From: Piromyces finnis finn
Taxonomy: Eukaryota; Fungi; Neocallimastigomycota
Reading direction: 5' to 3'
Assembly (NCBI GenBank): GCA_002104945.1
Contig: MCFH01000005.1
Span: 992,001-1,056,000 of the forward strand
DNA: 64,000 bases
The notes beneath the pieces were generated by a model, which ran no database searches, was not told where the DNA came from, and saw nothing but the letters and a program-made list of their open reading frames with translations. The translations under genes and the position numbers were made by a program. Below are positions 39,395 through 53,333 of this stretch, piece after piece (positions within the stretch are counted from its first letter, which is position 1; each line of letters starts with the position of its first letter).

Positions 39395-42300
39395 TTATAC
39401 TTTCCATTTAGAAGTATGTTCGTGACAGTTACCAGTCACATTATTACCCTTTCCTTTATATGCTTCACCTCCACATGCGGTAATACCCTGAATCCAATCG
39501 GATTCAATAATTTTTTCCATTGACCAACGTGTTTCTGGATTAGGATCAAGCATATGATAAAGTGTTTCATGAGTAATTTGTGGTAATTCCTCAATAGGTC
39601 CGAAATTGGTGATATGACTTAGGTAATATTCGTAGTATTTATCACTGGAATTAGCTTGTCTCCATGGTACAGACATATGATTCATAGTATAAAATACAAT
39701 TGCTTTTTTTATTTTAATTTTTATTTAAATTTTATATATTAAAATAGTAAGAGAGAAAAAAAAAAAAAAAAGTAAATATATATATAAAGTAAATACTTAT
39801 TTTTTTTATTATTTCATTATATATTGATTATTATTTTTAATTTATAAATAGGATATACACATACCACATGCCCATATATCTACTTTAATTGGATCATAAT
39901 CTTTATCTTCAGACCATTCTTCTGGGGCAATATAAGGTTCACTACCACAAAGTCCTGAAACTCTTTTTATTACATTTTTTTCCCATGGAAAACGGAAGAC
40001 TTCAGATACTCCAAAATCTGTAATTTTTAATATAGTACCAGTTTCATCCATTAATAAATTTTCGGGTTTTAAATCTCTATGGCATACACCGACGGAATGA
40101 AGATAGGCTACACCTGTTAACAACTATTTTTTTTTTTATTTTTAATTTATTTTTTAGCATAAACATTTCATTGGTTATTGTTTTTAATTTCATATAAAAA
40201 ATAGAAATATAATATATATGTATATTTTATTTTTAGTTTAATATATATATATATAGATAGATATAGCTATATAGAGAATTAATACTTTATATATCTATTT
40301 TAATAATATTCTTACTTGTTTAAAGTAACAATTTATTTCATCTTTATTTGTTAAGGTTCCTGTATTAATTCTTGTATATAGGTCACCTCCACTACAATAT
40401 TCCATTACTTCACACCAATTTTCATTTTTATCTTGAATTAGATCAACAGTTTCGACTACATTTTGATGCTTTAAACTTGAACTATATAAAAGAAACATGA
40501 AAATTAAAAATAATAATAAAAAAAGGAAATATATGAATTAATAAATATTTCTAGTTAAATCGAATAATTTATTATTAAAAATAATATTTCCATAATACAT
40601 AATATATACTAAGAAAAAAAAATTACCTAATACAAAATTCACTAATGACTTTTTTAATATATGATTTATAAGGTTCATTTCTTCTTCTTTTTCTAAATTG
40701 CTGTACAATAAATATATATTATTAGTATTACATTAATTAAATATTTATATATATATTATACATTTTTTTAGAAAAAAACTATACATACTTTAATAGCATA
40801 GAATTTTTCATTATCTAAATTTTTAATGTTACCGGTATATGATGATTTAGCTAATTTTACAACAGCATTCTATATATATGATTTATTATAAAAATAGAAA
40901 TAAGAAACTTTTATTTTTTTTTAAGAACAAAAAATAAAAAGTATCAATAAATCTTATTTTAAATTATATATTAGATACTAACAGCACCCTTTCCTAAAAC
41001 TTCCTCACACCTATATTTAGATTCATCTTCATTTGTATCATTTGCATAGGATTCTGATTGACTATCTTTGTGAATATTTTCATTACTCTTGGTCTTCTTT
41101 GAGGAATTTTGATTTGAATTATTATTAAAAATACGTTGAATTGGTAAGAATATTTCTTTTAATTTATGCTTTTTACTTTTCTTTCTTAATTTTGATTTCG
41201 AAGATTGAGATGGCTGACTTTCAGTTTTAGAATGTTCCTTTGATGTATCATTCAATGTTGAATGACTATGTTTATCATTATTTTCATTACTATGATCTAC
41301 ATTCTCATTGGAGGATTTGTGAGGTTTTTTATTAGCATTCGATGGAAGGAAAGAATCTTCCATAATATTTTCTTTTTCGGTATCAGAGGATGATTCTGAT
41401 GATGATTTATACCCTTCCGAAATTACACTTCCATTACTTACTTTAATATTTCCATCACTTTTATAAACTCTTTCTGATGAATCTTCTACTGAACTTATTT
41501 CATCATCAGTATTTAAATTTTGTTGACTTTTATTTTTTGTTGGATAGTATTTATTTAAAAGCTGTAATAATTCATCATTAACATTTGATTTAATTGTTGT
41601 CACTGATTGTTCATTATCTGTATTATTCTTTGTATTAGTATTGTCAGATATTATTTTATTTTGTAATTCTTCTTCTTCTTCATCTTCCTCTCCATATTTA
41701 TTTTCATCTTCATTTGAGATTGAATTAACACAATATATTTCGTTTTTTTAAAATTGTTTACCAAAGCAAGTCAAAAAAAAAAAAAAAAAAAGATTATTAA
41801 ATTAAATGTTGATAAAAAGAATTAAATAGTAAAATTAATAAAATATAAATGAAAATAAAAATGAATATTGATAATTATTTTTAAGTGGTGGTATTATATA
41901 TGCGTATATATAATTTATAAAATAATGTTTATTATTATAGATATAGGTTAATAATCATAATCATAATATAGATAATAGTAATGGTAGTAGTAGTAGTAAT
42001 AGTAGCAATAATAATAATAATAATAAAAATAAGAATAAGAATATTATATTAATAAATAATAAATTAATTGAATAGAATAATTATATATAAAATTACTTTT
42101 TTTATTTGGTACAATTGGTGGTTTTTGTGAATTATTCATATATAAAGGAGGTTTTTTGTTTTCACTAGGTGTAGGTGGTTGAAACATAGATGAGGATAAT
42201 ATACTTGGAGTAGAATTTCTTTTTTCCATTTTATATGATGATGAATTTTTAAGAATATTTTTGTTTGTTTCTTCTGATTCTCTACGTGATTGATTTTGAG

Positions 42301-42739
42301 GAGTGGAAGACAACTCACAAGCTTCTTCTTCTTGGATAGGTGGAATAAATAATTCCATTAGTCTTAATTTACTCTTTTTATAGTTTCTAGATTGTTGTTG
42401 TTGTTGATAGTGATTATTTTGACTATTTTGAATATTTGGATCATCCCTAAAAGCACCTTGTGCGGTAGCTTCTAGTAATTTTTTAGCTGTATTAGCATTT
42501 AAAGTAAATTGATATTTTTCAATTTCATCATGAGCACTTTGTATAGCTGATTCTAAAGATCTTCTTAAGATTTCTGGTTCAGCACAAGTATAATTATTAT
42601 TGACACTATTACTGTCTGTTGGTGAATCAGCTCCAGAATGAGATAAAAGACTTATTTTAGGTATATGTTTTGGAAAATGATTTTGCAATGAAAGTTGTTC
42701 ATTGCCAACACTCCAAAAATCATAATCATTTGGATTCAT
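39395..42739 (-). CDS. HAL/NPR1/HRK1/SAT4-family Ser/Thr protein kinase, multi-exon
   Basis: [75 protein letters not shown] and VDIWACG. The join between exon 1 (42739-~42107) and the next exon is uncertain. Confidence 0.9.
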
Positions 42740-43275
42740 AATAATTATATATATATATATATATATTTTTCTATTTATAATGAGAATAATTATTGTTATA
42801 TTTGATTGGCAAATATAACTTTTTCTTTTATTTCTTTTACTGTATTATATATTTAATTTATTGTATCTCTATTTATTATATTTAAAGAATTAAATCTATA
42901 TTTATGAATTATAAATATACAAAAAAAAAGAAGATAAAAAAAAAAAAAGGTTTTTTTTCGAATATATATAATAATATATTAATAATTATTAATATTAGGA
43001 TAATTTAATAAAAACTATGATAAATTATTATAGTAATACAAATAAGTGAATTGGAAAATGAATTCTTTTTAATGCTATTTCATATCAACTTTTCTTCTTT
43101 TCTATATATATTTAATTTTTCTTTTTTCTTTTTTTAAAAAAAAATATAATTTATATTTATATATTTATTCATTTCAATTCAACATTTAAATACAATTTCT
43201 ATTTTCAAAATTAGTATAGTTTTATAAAAAATATAATATTCTTTTTTTCTTTCTCATTTATTAATTATTTATTTG

Positions 43276-43323
<48 letters not shown>

Positions 43324-44085
43324 AAGTATTATTACTATAGAAGATAAAAAGTTTTTATTTTTATTTTCTTGGAGGTATTGCTTAAGTTTATTTCATTTTT
43401 ACATTAACAATAATAAAAAAAAGTAATTGAATATAAAATAATTTTTAATAAATAATATTATACCTTTCAATAGTTTTGAGTTCTTTTAAATTAATTGACT
43501 GAATGCTTTTTATCTCTTTCTTCTTTTAAAATATTTTCAATTGCATTATATTTATTATTAATATTTAATTGAAATTTCAATTTTTAAATTGAATAAATTC
43601 CTTCTCTCCTTTTTATTATATTTATTATTTTTTTTAACTTAAGTAAACAATATATGAATATTAATTAATATAGATAAATATTATATGTCAATGTGACAGT
43701 ATTATATATAAAACAAAAACCTTTTTTTTTATAAAAAAAAAAGGTTATTTTTTTAAATATTATAATATATAAGTTTTGTTGCTTTTATAATATAAATATT
43801 TAATAAAAGTTTTATAATTATTTTATTATTATTATTATTAACAATGAATTTTATTATCTGAAAGTTACTTAAATAAAATAATTAATAAATATATAAATGC
43901 AGCATGCTATATTATTTCTTATAAATATCTTTATTTTTATTATTATTTGTTATATTTAGTTTATGATTTTTTTCTTATTTTTGTTTTTATTTTTTAAAGT
44001 TTAAAAATTTAGTCAAAATTTCCTAAAATATATTATAAATTAAAATTTTAATTATTAAAAATGAATTATTTCCTTTTTAAAACTT

Positions 44086-44121
<36 letters not shown>

Positions 44122-44574
44122 GTTTAGGTGGATCATTTAGCACTAATTATTAATTTATTTTTATATATTATTTTTTTATCAATATTTACTTTTATATTTA
44201 TTTACCTATGCTATGTTTTTTTTTAACAACAACTATTAAGTATTATTACTATAAAGAATTTTGTAAGAAATATATATAATATTAGATTATAAAATTAGGA
44301 TAAATATTCATTTATTACAGCTTTTCATTTTCATAGTCTAAATCTTAATAAATATATTTTAAATTATTACTTATTGAAAACCTCCAATATATTTTTTTCT
44401 TTAATTTTATATGAGAGGATTGTAATAATTAATTGAAATAAGGTTTTATTCTTAAGATAAATATCGGTAATTTTATTATCTATAAATATTTATAAACGAA
44501 AATAATTAAAAAAAGATGAAAGGATAAATTATATGCAATCATAATTATTACTATTTAATATATATACATAAAAA

Positions 44575-44605
<31 letters not shown>

Positions 44606-45050
44606 TATTCTGTGAATAATTTGATAGTTTTATTAAATATATAATAATAGGTTCTTTAATATTCAAATATATATATATTTTTTTTTCTTTTTTTTTTTCT
44701 TTTTCATATTTATTTAATAGCATACATTTACTTCAATTAAAAAAAATTATATTAATATTAACAAAAATAAAAATTTAATAAAAAATTAATATCATTATAA
44801 TTATGTTGTTATAGTGATTTTTCTTTTTTAATAATAATTTAAAAAAGGAGATTTTTTAAGTTTTATATCAATATATAATCAAAGTAATAATTTTTATTAA
44901 CTTCATATAAATATATTTTATATATTTATTCAATTTTTGTTCAAAAAAAAAAAAAAAAAATAAAAATAAAAATAATAATAAAAAATATTAATCAAATGGA
45001 TAAATAACTAATTTTTTATCATTTAATTATTTGATACATATATAAAGATA

Positions 45051-47169
45051 ATGGAATTAGCAACAAGTTTACCGGAAAAAGGTAATGTCTCTTTATTAAA
45101 AGAAAATGTACTTTCAAAATCAACTAGTATAACTATTGAAAATAAAGAGGAAGTTAAAAAAGATATTGAAGAGGAAGATGATGATGAAGAATATCCAATT
45201 AAGCCATTTGGTAAACTTAAAAGTTCACTTGAAAACATTAACAATAATGAAACTCCAAAAGATTTATCAAGTGACAATGTTCAATCATCATCATCGAAAG
45301 AAGAATTGAAAATGGTATTAGAATATGAAAAGGTCTTAAGATCTTATCTTCCATTCCATTTACAAAATTACTTAGAAAGTCTGTGTGAAGAGGAAGCAGA
45401 TACAATGAAAACTTCAAATATTGAAACATTCTGTGTCATTGCTGCAATTAACATTTCTGGTATATTTTTTAAAAGATGATTTAACAATAAATAATTATTA
45501 TTAATTATGTTAAATATTAACTTATCTTTATTTATATTAAATAAAATGATTAATATAAAAATAAATTTGGAATTAAAAATAAATTTAATACAAATAATAA
45601 AAATATTAATAAAAATTTTTCGATAATAAATTCAATAGAAATTGTTGATTTTATTAATCAATTACAAAATAAAGGAAAAGCCGGTGTAAAATATTTAAAA
45701 GAGGATATAAATAATTATTTTAGTGAAGTTATTGAATTTATTGTTAATAATAAAGGAGATATTGGTACGTTTTATTAATTTATTTTTAAATATAAAAACT
45801 ATTATTAAAATATTATTATTATTACTATTTAATTAATTTACAATTTTTTTTTATTATAAAGTCAATTTGTCAGGTATTTTATTAATTTCAAATAAAAAAA
45901 AGTATTTATATATATTAATTCTACTGAACACTACAATTATAACCATTTTTATAATGATAAATGAACTTTTTAACATATTATAGAGAAAACATTAGTTATT
46001 TCTTGGACAATAAATGAAAATGATATGGATGTAGATGATTGTTCAAAAAATGATTTAACATTTGATGCTATAAAAGCATGTTTAAAATTATTAGAAAATT
46101 ATGGAACTCATACATTTGAATTTGAAGATCTTCATTTAGACTATGTAGCAAAAATTGGTATGGATGCTGGATTAAATAATATATTATTAATTGAGGTTGA
46201 AAAAGATCATTTATGGCAGTATATTAATCAAGGTAAATATTTTACTATCTTTATCATTATTTTAAATATTCTATAATATTATGTTTTCTTATTTTATTTA
46301 ATAACTTTTAATAAATATAAAGGTCCTGTAATTACACAAGCATATTCAGTATTAAATTATAATACGCCAGGTGATTATTAATATTAAAAAATGACTGACA
46401 CTGTAATAAATTATATATATATTTATAATAACTAAAATAATAATAATTAATATAGGTAAACTTGGTATATCCCATCAAACTTTAAGATGTATTGGCGCAA
46501 TAATCAATATTCCATCACTTAATCTTGGCGCATATGATAAAAAATGTATTGTTATTGATAATGTAGATGGTATCACGAGGAAAGTTGCAGAAATGGAGGA
46601 AGCATCAGAAAATGGAGGAAGTGAAGAATCAATAGATATAGAAGATAAGATTGAAAGATGTGCTCAATTTGTAAATGATGATTTAGTTTACCGTTTTCAA
46701 TCATGTCTTTATGAAATTCCAAAGTATCATGAGGAATTAAAACTAACAACATTATTTATTAAAACGGATGAATTTCCATTGGAAACAAATGATGATTTAG
46801 AAATTATGCAAAAATTAATTAATCTTATTATTAAAACTTTAACAAAATATGAAGGAATATTAAATAATTTGTATTATGAAGAAAATAAATTAAATTTTGA
46901 ATGTTTATTTGGTATACCACCATTAGTTCATGAAAATGATGCATTGTACGCTGTGGAAGCTGCAATTGAAATAGCTGGATTTTTAAGAAGATTGATTAAC
47001 AATTGTTATTATATATCAATAACAACTGGTATATCTTGGTATACTGGTTTGGTAAGACTTTTATATTTAACTTTTATTTATTTTTTTGTTCTGTGCTATT
47101 ATTAATATTATAATATCATACTATTTAATAGGGTAATAAAAACTTCGGAAGATTTTTCATGGTATTTTA

Positions 47170-47247
<78 letters not shown>

Positions 47248-50200
47248 TATACTATTATTCTTAATATTGCTATTAATAAAATGTATATTTATTATTTATT
47301 TAAATTCTATTATAAAAGTTTGGTGAAAATACAGATTATACACGTTAGTTTAAATAAATGCATATTAATTAAAAAAAATATCAAAAATATTAACCATTTA
47401 TATTAATGATTATTATATCATTTAATTTATTTTATTGTTAATTATTATTCATAAATATAGATAAAATATTTACATCTCCACGATCAAAATATAGTATCCT
47501 CTGTGATGAAACAACTTATTTATTAACAGAATCTTATATTAATTTTGTAGATATTGGAGCAATGAAATATAAAAATAATAATTGTTCAAGTAAATACTTT
47601 TTTTAAAAATAAATGTACGGAAATAAATATTAAAATTAATAATAAATACTTATAATTATTCTTCTTCTTTTTTTAAATAAATAAAAATATAGAGAAGTTA
47701 TATATAGTAATCAATCTTAAAAAACATGTTAGTATAATGCCATCATCTAATGATATTAGTATCGATGAAGTTACTAAAAACGATTATAATTTAATTGGAA
47801 AAGCATATCAATGGAATTTAAGTGTATCTCTTCTTAGAAAATTTGTACATAGTGGAAAAAGAAAGGTAATAATTATTCAAGGTGAAGAAGGTTGTGGTAT
47901 AACTCCATTTGTTAAAAACTTTGAAAAAAAGGCAATTGAAGAAGGGTGTTCAGTTTGGTATGAAACAAATGAAATTAATTATATATTATAATAAATTAAT
48001 ATTATTTTATTTATAAATACTTTTTTTTTTGGTTTATTACTATAATATACAATATTAAAAAAAATATGTTTAATAGTATTGGTAAAGTAAATAATAATAC
48101 ATCATTGGTACCATTTGCGATATTTGAAAGTTTATTAAGAGAAGTTATTAAAGTTACAATAAATGAGAAAAGAAAACAGGAAAGACAAAGACGAAGAAGA
48201 AATTTAGAATCTTTAATAGAAGAGGATGAAGAATATGGAATCGATAAGAAATCAATCAATGAATCTATTAAATCTTTAAGAGATTTACCAATAGTTAATA
48301 ATTTTAAAATGATTGGTAGAAAATCAGCATTGAAAAAGTCTTATGGACCAAGAAGCGCTTTAAGAAATGGTAAAATGAAAAAATCAGCATCATCTACTGT
48401 TTCTTTCGAAAATTCTGTTGTAGTTAATACAGAACATGATCAAGATAACAATGATACCTTTAAAGTTGGAGAAAAGAAAAAAATTAAAAAAAGATCAAAT
48501 ATGTTTGATGAACAAGAAACAATTATTACAAATAATACTAATATTAAAAATTACACTGGAAATACATTTGAAGAAGATATCTTAGAAGCTCTTTTTTATT
48601 TGGATGAACGTGAAGAAATTGCACCATTACTTAATATTATTTATTATAATAGATTTGAATCCACGAATGAAGTTAAAATTATTAATAAACGTATGATATT
48701 CTTTGAATTTTGTAATCTTATTTGTAGATTACTTACCAAACTTTCTTTCATAACACCATTGGTCATTATATTAGACAATGCTCATATGCAAGATTACTTC
48801 TCATGGAAACTAACTAATATGATATTTAAAAAATGCACAAAGCTTTTCCTATGTATTTGTACTAGACCTCAATCTTTCTATACTACACCAGAAATTAAAA
48901 CTATAACTAAGGAAATATGGAATAGCTTATATACTACAGCTATTACATTAGATAAATTTTCTGAAACGGATACCCAAAAATTTATGACTCTCTATTATAA
49001 TGAATTTAAAAAACTAAAATATATTAAAAATAAATGTTCAAAAGTTAATAATGAATTTATATTCAATCTATGGAAATTAACAGAAGGTAAAAAATTTTTA
49101 ACTGAATGATATCATTCAATATAAAATTAGAAATTAAAATTTAATTAATATAAATTTTATATAAAATAATGAAAATAATCGTATAATAATATAGGAAATC
49201 CATTATTGGTATTAAGAACTGCAAATTCATTATTTAATGATAATATTACTCAATTAGATGAGGATTTCACTTTACAGTTACAAAAGCCCTTCTCTGAATT
49301 AGAAGTTACCAAGCATGCTAGTGATCTAAAAAGTATCCTAAGATATCAAATTAGTACATTAGATCCTGATTTTAGAAATTTATTATTTCTTTTCTCATTA
49401 ATTAATAGAAAGGTATTCTCAATAAATACTATAAACGATTTTGTTAAAATGCATTGCAATTCTAATAAAAAATGTGAAAGCGTAAATAAGTTTATTAACC
49501 AAGATAACCTTAATTTTGGTACCTATGATAAATATGGTTTTCTAAAAAGATTTTATAAATTCAAAAAAAGAGAAGAATCAATTGATTGTGAGAGTAAAGA
49601 TTCTTCATTAACTAACATATCAATAAACAGCAATAGTAAATGTTTAATTGGAAATGAAGAATTACCAATTGGTATTGATAGTACTAATTATGATGTTATT
49701 TTCTCGTTTAGTGGAGAATTAATTAAAGAAATTATTTATGAAGACGAAAGTATTGATAATAGATTAACACTTCATGAATTATATGGTAAATTTATTGAGG
49801 AAAAGGATGAAGATGACTATTTCAGTCTCTATTATCATTTTTGTAATTCAAACAATAATCAAAAAATGGTTTATTATCTTTCAAAAGTATGTCATGTTAT
49901 GTACAAGATGGGTGCCAATCATTTAGCCTCTTCTGCCTATGAATTATTATTAACTTATTACGGCGAAATCATTGAAACAGATGATAATACAAATAATAAT
50001 ATTGATAAACAAAATATATTCTTATTATCAAGAAAGACGATTAAAAATCCAAAGGAAAAAGTAAAAATAAATGAAAAACCTTGTAATTATGAATTGGCTC
50101 AAATGTTTTATGAAATGGGAATATGTAATTATGCACTATTTAAATATAGAAATGCTGAGCTTTATTTCTTGAAAACTCTCGATTATTTAGTCTATAAATT

Positions 50201-51617
50201 CCCTGAAAAAAATGTTTCTTTAGTTGTTAAATTAATCAAGGAAACTAAAAAAAGAGAACAATATAAAAAATTATCTGAAAAAGAAAAGGCTGAAATGAAA
50301 AAGGGAGAAATGAATAGAATAGAAAAATTAATTAATGAAATTAAGGATGAAAAAGAACGTAATAAAGTTCTCGAGAAGTATAAAAAGAAAATAGAAAAAG
50401 GCTCTTTATCTTTATGTCAAAAATCTTTATATATGTTATATGAAGTGTATAATATTTATCACAAATCAATTCATGCCCAAATTGCATTATTAATGGCATT
50501 AAACGATCCAAGCACATCTGAAACTGGATTCAAATATGCCGAAATTCTAGCAAAATATGGATTAGAATTAGTTTGGGTTTATTCAACCAATGCTACAGGT
50601 TGGTCATACTTGAATTCCGCTGAAGATATTATTAATCCAGATAAAAATGATTTGCCTATATTAAAGATGACTCGTAGTCATTTAATAGTTTATGACTGTT
50701 TAGCTGTAGCAAATATTTTCTTAAAATCTTGGTCCAAAGGAAAGCATTTTGTAGATATTATTATTAAACTCTCTCAACAAACAGGTGATACAGAAATATG
50801 GGGCAGAGCAACAATTCTAAAATCACTACTTTACTTCCAGACTGGTGCTGTTGATAAAAGTTTCCGTTTAGCAAAAGAAGTCTATAATAATTCAACTGAA
50901 CGTAATATTTGGAAATCTCAATGTACTGCTCTTTTAATGACCCTTCAATATTTCGGAGCGAAAGAAGCTATTGATAACATTTTTACACCATTAAATGTTA
51001 TTAATATTGTTTTTAATTTACCATGTAAAATAAATTCTTCTAATAACGAGGATGTAGTACTATATGCTGGTCTCATTTTAGATGCTTGCTTCCGTTTCAA
51101 AGTACCAATTTCAAATATCTTTGATTTTGTAAAAAGAGTTATTCCAAGTTTAGAAAAATTAGAGCCATCAAGTTATTATTCAGTATTTTCATTCCCTCAA
51201 TATGTTATAGTTCTCTTCCTCTTCTACGAATTTGGATATCTCAAAAAAACACATCCACGATATGAATTAGCTAATCAACTATTAGTTTCCTGTTTACAAG
51301 CAATGGACCTCTTTAAAGAAACACAAATTGTTCAACCATTAATTTCTATGCTTAAGGGTCTTAATTACCTAATTCAAGGAAATAATAATAATGCCTTAAT
51401 ATCATGGGAAAATGGTGCTAAAAAAGCAAAAAGATCACAATTTTATGGTACAATGCTTTATTGGAAAATGGCATATTATGGTACTGGTGAAATTGCAGAG
51501 AGAAGTAAGGTTATCGTAAAAAAATTGACAGACAAAATCAACGTATCATTTGACTTAGACATTCAAAAAGAATGGGAATTTGATACATTTAAAGTATTAA
51601 AAGCAAGAAAAGGTTAA
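45051..51617 (+). CDS. Soluble adenylyl cyclase (ADCY10)-like protein: two class III cyclase-like domains, STAND NTPase-like domain and TPR-like helical region; catalytic motifs degenerate
   Basis: SYLP; INNYFSEVIEFIVNNKGDI; AKIGMDAG; CLFGIPPLVHENDALYAVEAA; ISITTG; IIQGEEGCGIT; LVIILDNAH..DYFSWKL; GNPL; long helical C-terminus to TAA at 51617. Includes a 12-nt micro-exon at 45862-45873. Confidence 0.8.
47169..47246. repeat. Intronic (AAT)n microsatellite
   Basis: Pure AAT run inside an intron of the cyclase-like gene. Confidence 0.95.
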
Positions 51618-52129
51618 ATGTATATACAAGGAATTTTATATATATGTGTTTAAAATAACTTTACATATAAAATATTTTTATTGCTATCTTCATAATATAA
51701 AAGAAAATATATAAATATATATATTTATTTTTTATAATCATATGTATTAATGATTATTTTTATTTTTTAAATATATATAATTTTGCTTTAAAACGCAAAA
51801 TATTATTTAGTAGATTATTGTAAATAATAGTAAAAATTAATAAAATCATTCTTTTTTATTATTTATTTTAATTTAATAAACATAATCTCTATAATATCAA
51901 AAGATACAATGTAATAATTTTTTATTTTCCATAGTCATAAAATTCTTTCTAATTCTTAAAATATTATGCAGTAATAATTTTTAAAAACTACTTAAAAAAG
52001 AAGCGAAGATTAATATCTTTTTTTTTTTAATGGTAGCGAATATTTTAAAGTCTTTATTAATTTATTTAAATTATAATACATGTATTGAATAATAAATTGA
52101 AAAATTAATAAAATATATATAAAAAAAGT

Positions 52130-52585
52130 AGTTTTATTGCCTGTCTTACCAATTTCTTCCACATCGTTGTTCTTAATTTTTTCTTTGAACCTTTTAAGCA
52201 TTAACCATTGTTGTCTAATAATAAAAGACATTATTATGGTTATAAGTTCTGTAGTAATCATCAAAAATGGTGATCTTTAATAAGTGCTTTATTTAATTTG
52301 AAACTTTCAAAATTCTTTCCATTCCTCTGAATGATCATTATTGTTAAAACCTCCCCTCCAAAAAAAGGAATTCAAACTTTTTTATTTTTCATATACTAGA
52401 AATAATTATGCACATTAATATTCACTGGAATATTAGAACTGGCATTAACTATATTACTATTTAAACTATATCCATTTGAGTTTTTTAAGCATTTTCGTAA
52501 GGTGCAAATATAAATATATAATCATACCATCTGAAAATAGTTAAAACAAGGTGCGTATCTCCTAAACTAACTTCGAGATATTCAC
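52130..52585 (-). mobile_element. Older, internally deleted LINE remnant (RT core fragment joined to ORF2 C-terminus)
   Basis: Minus-strand translation gives LEVSLGDT...LFSDGMII..FAP (compare LGVSLGDT...LFADDIVIYAP), then NIPVNINVHNY, GGFNNN..EEWKEF and PFLMITTELITIIMSF...QQWLMLKRF, with stops and frameshifts. Confidence 0.7.
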
Positions 52586-53271
52586 TTTTTTTTTTTTTTC
52601 TTATTTTTAACGGCATCAAATATTTTTAAACTTTATTAATAATTTAATTAAGATTATAATACATGTAAAATAAAAAATTAAAAATTAAAAATAAAAAAAA
52701 TATGTTTAAATAAACATAAATGAATAAAAATTGAGTATAATGTATTCTAGTAATTTTAATTAAAGTAAGAAAGTCACTATTATACTAAAGTATAATAATT
52801 GTATTTGACTTCCAATGGGACAACGAGCCAAAGATCAAAACTTTGTCATGAAACAAAATTATGATCTCCATTGGTTGCGCTGGCCCTTCTGGCCTGTCTT
52901 ACTATTTCTTCAGCATTGACGCTCTTGGATGTTGCTTCAAACCTTTTGAACATTGACCATTGATGGCCAATAGCAAAAGGCATGATTTTGGTTAGAAGTT
53001 CCGCTGTTACCGTCAAGAATGGTATTCCTTCGTTAGTGCCTGATTGAATCTGACACTTGCAAAGTTCTTTCCATTTCCTTGAATTGTAATTGATATTGTT
53101 AAAACTTCTTCCCCCAAGAAGAAATTTAAATATTTTATTGTACACACTAGAATAATCATACATATTAATATTCACCGGATTATTATAACTATTACTATTA
53201 TTAACTAAATTACTATCTAAATTAGAATTATTATCTTCACTATTGCTATTGCTATTACTATTACTATTATA

Positions 53272-53333
<62 letters not shown>

